64,000 nt of DNA from Candidatus Woesearchaeota archaeon (GTDB taxonomy: Archaea; Nanobdellota; Nanobdellia; Pacearchaeales; GW2011-AR1). The position numbers and the translations under genes are program-made. The DNA is taken from positions 68,092 to 132,091 of the forward strand of contig CAZXHH010000001.1 of NCBI GenBank assembly GCA_964639615.1, read 5' to 3'. Of this stretch, positions 57,066-64,000 are shown piece after piece (positions within the stretch are counted from its first letter, which is position 1; each line of letters begins with the position of its first letter). Below the pieces are notes generated by a model that saw only the letters and a list, made by a program, of their open reading frames with translations, was not told the DNA's origin and did no database searches.

Positions 57066-58070
57066 TTGATGACAATCGTTTTAGGAATTGAATCAACTGC
57101 ACATACATTTGGAATTGGTATTGTTAAAGATGGAAAAATATTAGTAAATATAAGAGATATGTATACTACTGAAAAAGGTGGAATAATTCCTTCTGAATCT
57201 GCAAAGCATCATGCAAAAGTCTCTCATGAATTATATTCTAAAGCTCTTGAAACTTCTGGGATTAAAGAAGATGAAATTAATGCAATTTCATTTTCACAGG
57301 GACCAGGACTTGCTCCTTGTCTTCTTGAAGGAATGAGATTTGCAAAAGAACTTGCAATTAGATTAAAAAAACCTCTTGTAGGAGTTAATCATTGCGTTGC
57401 ACATTTAGAAGTTGGTGCAATAACAGGTGCAAAAGATCCTGTTATGCTTTATGCATCTGGTGCAAACACTCAAGTAATTGCTTATGCATCTGGAAAATAC
57501 AGAGTATTTGGAGAGACATTAGATGTTGGTGTTGGAAATTTTATAGATAATTTCGCGAGGTATGCAGGAATAGGATTTCCCGGAGGACCTATAATTGAAA
57601 AACTTTCAAAGGAGGGTAAAAATTTGATTGAACTTCCTTATAAAGTAAAGGGGATGGATGTTGCACTTTCTGGAATTCTTACAAATTTAAAACAAAAAGT
57701 AGAATCAAAAAAATATTCCATTGAAGATTTATCTTTTTCTCTTCAGGAAACTGTTTTTGCAATGCTTGTCGAGACAGCTGAAAGGGCTCTTGCACATACA
57801 GGAAAAAATGAACTTTTGCTTGGGGGAGGAGTAGCTTGCAATTCGAGACTTCAAGAAATGTGCAGAATTATGTGTGAAGAACGTGAAGAGAAAACAAATT
57901 TCTTTTGCCCTGAAAGAGGCGTCCTAGTAGATAATGGAGCAATGATTGCATATTTAGGAGAAATTATGTTTAATACAAAAAAGATTCCTTTTTCTAAAGA
58001 AGAAATTGAGAAAATTGACATAAGATCTTCTGAAAGAACAGATGATATAAATGCATATTGGAAAAAGTAA
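57066..58070 (+). CDS. kae1: tRNA N6-threonylcarbamoyltransferase Kae1
   Basis: LGIESTAHTFG, SQGPG, VNHCVAHLE, GETLD, GGGVACN and DNGAMIA. Confidence 0.95.
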   Translation: MMTIVLGIESTAHTFGIGIVKDGKILVNIRDMYTTEKGGIIPSESAKHHAKVSHELYSKALETSGIKEDEINAISFSQGPGLAPCLLEGMRFAKELAIRLKKPLVGVNHCVAHLEVGAITGAKDPVMLYASGANTQVIAYASGKYRVFGETLDVGVGNFIDNFARYAGIGFPGGPIIEKLSKEGKNLIELPYKVKGMDVALSGILTNLKQKVESKKYSIEDLSFSLQETVFAMLVETAERALAHTGKNELLLGGGVACNSRLQEMCRIMCEEREEKTNFFCPERGVLVDNGAMIAYLGEIMFNTKKIPFSKEEIEKIDIRSSERTDDINAYWKK

Positions 58071-58100
58071 TTTTAAAAAGATAATTCCTATTAATATAGA

Positions 58101-58823
58101 ATGAATAAAAGGGGTTCTCAGGTTGAAATGGTAATTTCATTTATGATATTCATAACTTTCTTATTTTTTGTTTTTGCAGCTGCAAAAAATCCATTTGGAA
58201 TAAAAAATGATAAGGAAGGTCTGTTAGAATATGTGGATTTGCAAATTCAAGAACTAGCTTCAGCAGATTTAGAGACAGTTACTATTAATCTTTTAACTCC
58301 AACGGTGCAAAACTGTATTGAATTGGATGATGCAATTTTAGATTTAAATATTAATTCTGGATTTTCCAAAGGAAGTACTGGATTAAACTACAATATTTAT
58401 ATCTCCTCTAGTGATCCGAATGATTTGAGGATTATGAGAACAGGAATTTCTGATAATTTTATAAAAATTTATTCTTCCCCTGTCTTTGAATCGCTTCAGA
58501 TAAATTCTGATGCTTGCCAGATATTAATTCCGGATGTAAATTATGAAATCGGTTTTACAAAAACTCAAAGATATATTTTTCAGGATGAAGTTCTAAGTTT
58601 AATTTCTCAATATCCTTCTAGTTATGAAACACTAAAGACAAATTTGAAAATTCCAAAAGGAACTAATTTCGGATATGGTCTTAAATTGGCAAATGGAACT
58701 ATATTTGAAACTCATGGAGAGGAAGATTCTTCTAATAGCATATACATAAGTGAAAATCCTGTATTTTATGTTGATGATAAAGGAAATATTTTGGCTGGAT
58801 ATCTGAGGGCAAAAATATGGTAA
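58101..58823 (+). CDS. Pilin-like protein (class III signal peptide)
   Basis: KRG|SQVEMVISFMIF. Confidence 0.7.
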   Translation: MNKRGSQVEMVISFMIFITFLFFVFAAAKNPFGIKNDKEGLLEYVDLQIQELASADLETVTINLLTPTVQNCIELDDAILDLNINSGFSKGSTGLNYNIYISSSDPNDLRIMRTGISDNFIKIYSSPVFESLQINSDACQILIPDVNYEIGFTKTQRYIFQDEVLSLISQYPSSYETLKTNLKIPKGTNFGYGLKLANGTIFETHGEEDSSNSIYISENPVFYVDDKGNILAGYLRAKIW

Positions 58824-59272
58824 AAGACTTTCTTAAACAAAAAAAAGCATGGATTAAACTAATGGAAGTTTTCCTATCTATAGTTCTTATTATAGGAATT
58901 GTTTTAGTGCTTCCAAATGTGAATAATTTTTCAGGAGAAAAAGCTCAAAGAGAAGAGATATTCTCTAAAGAAGTTGCAATACTAAGAGATGTTCAACTAA
59001 ATGATACACTTAGAACAGAAATTTTTTCTGCTGGACTTCCTCCAATAGAGTGGCAGGGATTTGAAACTTCTCTTCCATTAACGCAAGCAAGAATCATTGC
59101 TTTAACTCCCTCGAATTATAAATGTGAAGCAAAAATATGTGATTTGACTAGCTCTTGTATTTTAGAAATAAATTCAAAGAATAGTGTATATGCCCAGGCA
59201 GTAGTCTTCTCTGCAGATAGTACAACTTACTCTCCCAGACAATTAAAATTATTCTGTAGTCAAAAGGAATAA
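58817..59272 (+). CDS. Pilin-like protein (class III signal peptide)
   Basis: KKA|WIKLMEVFLSIVL. Confidence 0.7.
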   Translation: MVKDFLKQKKAWIKLMEVFLSIVLIIGIVLVLPNVNNFSGEKAQREEIFSKEVAILRDVQLNDTLRTEIFSAGLPPIEWQGFETSLPLTQARIIALTPSNYKCEAKICDLTSSCILEINSKNSVYAQAVVFSADSTTYSPRQLKLFCSQKE

Positions 59273-59400
59273 TTTTAATTGAATTTTATATGAAAACAAT
59301 TGTTATCAAATAATCCCCATCAATCGATTATCATAACCCTTAATTAATTATTCAGATTAATAAATATCTTCGTTAACTAAACTCTCTTTAACACAAAAAA

Positions 59401-60540
59401 TCATCCTTTCCAATTTATTAATGGGACAATATGTCTTAGAACTTTAACACTGCTTTTTTGCATTCCAATTACTTTATGAATATCTTTGTATGCTCTTGGA
59501 GCTTCATCTATAATTTTTTCTGAAACTGTTCCTTTAATTCCACTCATACTTTTTTTAAATTCTTCAATAGAAATTTTTTCTCTTGCTTCTTTTCTGCTAA
59601 GAGCTCTTCCTGCTCCATGAGAAGAGGAATTTAAAAATTTTGAATTACCTAATCCCTCAACTAAAAAAGACCCGTCTCTCATATTTCCTGGTATAACTCC
59701 TCTTTCTCCTTTTTTTGCTGGAGTGGCTCCTTTTCTATGTATAAAAAATCCTTTTTCATAAATTGCATGATTATGATTTTTGTTTACCCACAATTCTGTT
59801 TTAATTTTCTCTCCTAAAATTTGCTCTAAAACTTCAATTACTTTGTAGCTCATTTCTAATCTATTCAGCAAAGCATATTCTAATGCAAAATTTAAAACAT
59901 TAAGATACTCTTTTCCTAATTTAGAATTTGCTTCTAAAGGATATGTTTTTTCATAATCTTTTTTGCTGTTAGAAGCTGAAATCATATATCTTTCTGCTAA
60001 ATCGTGACCTAAACCTCTGCTTCCAGAATGAATAATTAACCAAACTTCTTTTTTTGAAAACCCCAATTCTATAAAATGATTTCCTCCCCCTAAAGTTCCC
60101 AAATGTTTTGTAGCTGAATTTTTAATAAAACTTAGAATATCTTTATTGTATTCTCCTTTTTCAAATTCTTCAATTAATTCCTTGAGCTTTTTCTTTGTCT
60201 TTTCTGATATTTTGTTTTTATCTGCAGTATTTCCAAGTCCCATTGGTATTTTTTTTAGGACTTCTGTGTAAATTTTATCTGTATTTTTCTTGACTTTTTC
60301 AAGAATATCCTTCCCTTTTATCCTAACAGCAATCATACCGCAACCAATATCAAATCCTACCCAAGAAGGCACAATATAATCTTTAGTCTCCAAAACAGCA
60401 CCTATTGGTGCCACATATCCTTTATGGGCATCTGGCATTAAAGCTGCAGCTGTGACAAATTTCTCTGAGTAACATTCTTTAAACTGACGTAAAGTTTCCT
60501 CATCTGCATTTAAAGAGTAATCAAAGATTTTCTTTTCCAT
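59401..60540 (-). CDS. rtcB: RtcB family RNA ligase
   Basis: MPDAH, GFDIGCG, GTLGGGNHF, HSGSRG, HRKGAT, SHGAGR and DEAP. Confidence 0.93.
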   Translation of the reverse strand: MEKKIFDYSLNADEETLRQFKECYSEKFVTAAALMPDAHKGYVAPIGAVLETKDYIVPSWVGFDIGCGMIAVRIKGKDILEKVKKNTDKIYTEVLKKIPMGLGNTADKNKISEKTKKKLKELIEEFEKGEYNKDILSFIKNSATKHLGTLGGGNHFIELGFSKKEVWLIIHSGSRGLGHDLAERYMISASNSKKDYEKTYPLEANSKLGKEYLNVLNFALEYALLNRLEMSYKVIEVLEQILGEKIKTELWVNKNHNHAIYEKGFFIHRKGATPAKKGERGVIPGNMRDGSFLVEGLGNSKFLNSSSHGAGRALSRKEAREKISIEEFKKSMSGIKGTVSEKIIDEAPRAYKDIHKVIGMQKSSVKVLRHIVPLINWKG

Positions 60541-60655
60541 AAATAGAACTTGCTTTCAAAACTTATAAAATGTTCGAATTACTGTAAAAATGGCTAAAAA
60601 TGGGTATTTAAGGGTATACAGAAACCTTTAAATATAACTACTACATAGTTACAAT

Positions 60656-62398
60656 ATGGTAAAAGCAGGTAAAACTTTAGGAAATTTCTTTCGTGCAGGA
60701 GCATTCTTTTTAGCTAGTGCTTTAATTCCAGCTTGTACTAGCTGTGAAAAAGAGAATTTTCCTCCTGTAGCAGGTATAGAAGTAAGCCCAAAATCAGGTG
60801 AAATCCCTCTTGAAGTGAGAGTAAAAGTCACAGGAACAGATGTAGATGGTGTAGGAGACATAAAATCATATAATCTATTTGTGAACAATGAGAAAATAAA
60901 AAGAAGTTATCCAATTGATACTACAATTACATTTACAGAATCTGGAATTGTAAATGTATATGGGCAAGTAGTTGATTCAAAAAATCAAAGTGATATGACA
61001 GAAACAAATTCTATTGAAGTTTATGGAAAGCATTTTATAGACCAATCTGCTAGCTTAACCGACGATGTAAATATAAAATATGATGCAACTCTTTTTAGAG
61101 TTCCCGAAGCAGAATTAAAAATAAAAAAAGATGGAACAGATTTTATAACAAAAAAAATAACAGATGTTAATCAAACTGGAAAGGATTATGAAAAAACTTT
61201 CACTTCATCTGATGGATTAACAAAAGGAGATTATGAATTTACATTAAAATCTGAAGATTTGGAAAAGAAATCTTCTGTTAATATTCCTAATTATAAACCA
61301 ACTGTAAGCCAAACCTCTCCTGTAAATTTTGATGAAGAAACAGATACAACAGCCTTGCTAAAATCTGATTTTAAAGATAAAAATCTTGAAGATATTAGTA
61401 ATATTAATTATACAAAAGTCACATCTATAGACGGAAAAACAAAAGCTACACTATTGCCTGGAAATAAATTGAAAATAGAAGGACTTCCAAATCAAACTGG
61501 AGCTTATCAAATTGAAATTGAATTTGGAAGTGAAACAGGAGGACTTGAAAAAACAGTTTTAACAGGGAATATAATTGAAGATAAAAGAATAGAAATTAAT
61601 CCTTTTGTTCAACCAAATGACAGCACATTGAATTGGTATGGTTCTGGAGATGTTGATAATAATAATATAGTAAATTCTCAAGATGCAACAAAAATAACTG
61701 AATTAATAAATGGAACTTATTCAAATCCTTCTGATTTAAGATTAAAAGATAGAGCAGATGTTAATGGAGATGGTGTTGTAAATAATCAAGATAAACAACT
61801 TCTTGAAAATAAATTAAATGGTATAATACCTTATCTGCCAGGAGAGTGGAATAAACTGCAAACTCGTGCAGAAAGAGAAGATTGGCTTAAGAAGATGCTT
61901 AAGATTGATGAAGTTAGTGAAATTTCACCATTTCCTGGATGGGATTGCACGCAATATGCTACACAAACTTTTATTAATTTTCATGGAGTTGGAAATCCAA
62001 CAGATATAACAAGATTTTTAGAAGCTTATCCTTATGATTTTTCAAAAAACGGAAGATTTAATTTGCCGTTGTATAAATTAAGCATAATTGAATTTGATTT
62101 AAATGATAAAATAATTTCTGGACATGCAATGAACACAATAGCATTGGGAAATAATATATTAAATTGGAATGATTTATGTAATGTTGAACCTCAATTTAAT
62201 CAAATAAATGTTCAACCAGGAGAAGCTTATCTAATTGGAATAAATTCAAGTTTATATATAAAAGGTACACCTACAAAACTAAAAGTTGGGGAAGATGTTA
62301 ATTTAAGCGAATTTATTAAATATTTAATCAAAAATAAAATTCTTAGCGATGGAATAATTTTAAATAATCCAAATCTAAAAATAATAACTCAAAGATAA
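60656..62398 (+). CDS. Putative lipoprotein with PKD-like, dockerin-like and C-terminal cysteine-protease-like domains
   Basis: LIPACTSC lipobox-like; PPVA..SPKSGEIPLEV; paired Ca loops GDVDNNNIVNSQD and ADVNGDGVVNNQD; WDC...GHAMN...VEPQ. Confidence 0.75.
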   Translation: MVKAGKTLGNFFRAGAFFLASALIPACTSCEKENFPPVAGIEVSPKSGEIPLEVRVKVTGTDVDGVGDIKSYNLFVNNEKIKRSYPIDTTITFTESGIVNVYGQVVDSKNQSDMTETNSIEVYGKHFIDQSASLTDDVNIKYDATLFRVPEAELKIKKDGTDFITKKITDVNQTGKDYEKTFTSSDGLTKGDYEFTLKSEDLEKKSSVNIPNYKPTVSQTSPVNFDEETDTTALLKSDFKDKNLEDISNINYTKVTSIDGKTKATLLPGNKLKIEGLPNQTGAYQIEIEFGSETGGLEKTVLTGNIIEDKRIEINPFVQPNDSTLNWYGSGDVDNNNIVNSQDATKITELINGTYSNPSDLRLKDRADVNGDGVVNNQDKQLLENKLNGIIPYLPGEWNKLQTRAEREDWLKKMLKIDEVSEISPFPGWDCTQYATQTFINFHGVGNPTDITRFLEAYPYDFSKNGRFNLPLYKLSIIEFDLNDKIISGHAMNTIALGNNILNWNDLCNVEPQFNQINVQPGEAYLIGINSSLYIKGTPTKLKVGEDVNLSEFIKYLIKNKILSDGIILNNPNLKIITQR

Positions 62399-62455
62399 TT
62401 TCAATTTAATAATAATAGAAAAACATTTATAAAACTCAATATATTGTATTAGTTA

Positions 62456-64000
62456 ATGGTTAAGAGAGGTGTAAGTAATATTTTTTTATTTGTATTTTCA
62501 ATATTCTCATTTATTTTTATTTTAAATTTTGCAACTAGTGCTTGCACTGGAACTCTAAATTGTGGTTTCATAACAGATTCAACGCAGTGCAATACAGAAT
62601 ATGGTGGTGTCTGTCATTGGGACGGTTCTAGTTGTGTAAGTAATTCTGGAGCTACTTGTGCTGATGTTACATCTACATGTGGAACTGTTGGATGCAGCGG
62701 GGGAGGATGTACAAGTGGGGCCTGTTGTGATACTTCAACTGGTCTTTTCAGACCTTCTTATTTTGCTTGTGCTACATTAAATTCTTTTTATTCATGTGCT
62801 GATGGAAATACAATAAAAATCGAGGGAACAACACAATATTGCACTGGAAGTTCTGCTACATGCGATGGTGCAAAAGTTTGGGAAGTATTTGGAACTTATC
62901 CAGATACTTGCACTAGTTATGGGGGATGTGATCAAACTCTTTTTTATCCTAATGCTTGTGTTTGTGCTAGTACTATGATAGAACCCCCTTCAATTTCTTC
63001 TTGTTCAAGCTGTTCTTCAATTGGCAGTCCTGGATGTATAGGTCTTTGTTCTGATAGTGACGGAGGCCAAAATTATCTTCAACAAGGAATAACTTCAGAT
63101 CCTTATTCAACTGTTACGGATTCATGTAGTGGTGGACAATTAGCAGAATACTGGTGCGCTACACCATATGAATCTACTGGAAATTTCTTTTCTTGTTCTA
63201 CACTCTTTGGCTCTTCTCAATATTCTTGTTTAAATGGAGCTTGCATTTGCACTCCTAATTGTGTTGGAAAAAATTGTGGTAGTGATGGATGTGGGGGATT
63301 TTGTGGGGCTAGTGGAAATTGCCCCCCAGGACAAACCTGTACTTCTGGAGTTTGTGGGGCTCCTCCTTGCGTTCCTGCTTGTTATGATGGAAAAGTTTGT
63401 GGGGATGATGGATGTGGAGGAGAGTGTCTTCCAGGATGTTCTTCTGGATATACTTGCAATGCACTTGGACAGTGTGTTTGCTCTGAAACCTGTTCTTCAT
63501 TAGGATATGAATGTGATTTACAAAGTGTTTGTGGTTCTATGGCGTATTGCGGAAGTTGTGGGTCTGGAGAAGAGTGCAATGGAGGATTATGCGTTCCTGA
63601 AACTACTTTCTGCGGTGATGGAAGTTGTAATGGTGTTGAAACTTGTACAACTTGCGCTTCTGATTGTGGGTCTTGCGCAGCAATAGACACTTATTGGGTA
63701 ATAGATAGTTATGAAAAAAATACAGGGGATATTGTAAAAATAAGAAGTGGAAGTTCTATTGTTATGTATGTCCAAGATGATTTTGGATATTCTGCTGGAT
63801 ATAATAATGTAAGATTTAATATTTTTAAAGAAGGAAGTAGCACACCTCTTAATTCAAATCCAATTACAGGGTTTGTAGATAGTTATGGTAGAATTGGCTC
63901 AAATTGGTATTATGTTGATTCATCTTTTTTAACTGCTCTTGGTTCAGGAGGGAATGTTTATTTTGTTATGTCAATTCCTGGAACTTCAATTTCAATAACA
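62456..64000 (+). CDS. Large secreted Cys-rich repeat protein (runs off window end)
   Basis: Not in the ORF track because there is no stop. Manual translation is open for 515 codons from MVKRGVSNIFLF; includes CSDSDGG..G..DSC, CTPNCVGKNCGSDGCGGFCG and CGDGSC. TTTATAAA at 62426. Confidence 0.9.
   Translation, partial: MVKRGVSNIFLFVFSIFSFIFILNFATSACTGTLNCGFITDSTQCNTEYGGVCHWDGSSCVSNSGATCADVTSTCGTVGCSGGGCTSGACCDTSTGLFRPSYFACATLNSFYSCADGNTIKIEGTTQYCTGSSATCDGAKVWEVFGTYPDTCTSYGGCDQTLFYPNACVCASTMIEPPSISSCSSCSSIGSPGCIGLCSDSDGGQNYLQQGITSDPYSTVTDSCSGGQLAEYWCATPYESTGNFFSCSTLFGSSQYSCLNGACICTPNCVGKNCGSDGCGGFCGASGNCPPGQTCTSGVCGAPPCVPACYDGKVCGDDGCGGECLPGCSSGYTCNALGQCVCSETCSSLGYECDLQSVCGSMAYCGSCGSGEECNGGLCVPETTFCGDGSCNGVETCTTCASDCGSCAAIDTYWVIDSYEKNTGDIVKIRSGSSIVMYVQDDFGYSAGYNNVRFNIFKEGSSTPLNSNPITGFVDSYGRIGSNWYYVDSSFLTALGSGGNVYFVMSIPGTSISIT

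Noticed and set aside
3246..60888. Many 60-110 aa ORFs nested antisense or out of frame within long genes (e.g. 3246, 8103, 15794, 30265, 36126, 48735, 60649)
   Set aside because: They lie inside well-supported CDSs and have no motifs.
63234..63775. Four short ORFs listed in the track at the window end
   Set aside because: They are alternative-frame or antisense shadows of the open Cys-rich CDS starting at 62456.
1..64000. CRISPR array, IS/transposase, integrase, provirus, tRNA introns or stop-codon reassignment
   Set aside because: No spaced direct repeats or mobile genes were recognised, the four tRNAs are uninterrupted, and conserved genes are full-length with TAA, TAG and TGA all used as stops.

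Overview
AT-rich, gene-dense archaeal chromosome segment in the standard genetic code. It most likely comes from a DPANN/Nanoarchaeota-type archaeon (Pacearchaeota/Woesearchaeota-like). This is inferred from archaeal-type DtdA, Dph5, Kae1, TyrRS/TrpRS, TrmB, an A1-U72 initiator tRNA, class III signal-peptide pilins and TATA boxes about 22 nt upstream of start codons. Housekeeping content: partial smc, rnhB, trxA/trxB, nfo, ileS, argS, tyrS, trpS, Dus, prs, AdoMet decarboxylase, ychF, kae1, rtcB, several transporters, four tRNAs (iMet, Ser-GCT, Leu-TAA, Arg-GCG) and a divergent SRP RNA. Surface and interaction content is rich: a type IV pilus locus with six pilin-like genes (one carrying a Cys-rich extension), a 1340-aa S-layer-like protein, a membrane-anchored lytic transglycosylase, a dockerin plus cysteine-protease-like lipoprotein, a large Cys-rich secreted protein, two membrane-anchored thermonucleases and a Gtr-like glycosylation trio. 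The best candidate for an undescribed system is a three-gene operon at 1734-4139: an ApbE flavin transferase, a diheme ferric reductase/FNR, and a sequon-rich membrane stalk ending in VTRAS, which is a possible non-canonical flavinylation site. No CRISPR array, rRNA, transposase or integrase was seen. All calls rest on motif recognition by eye; no searches were run.
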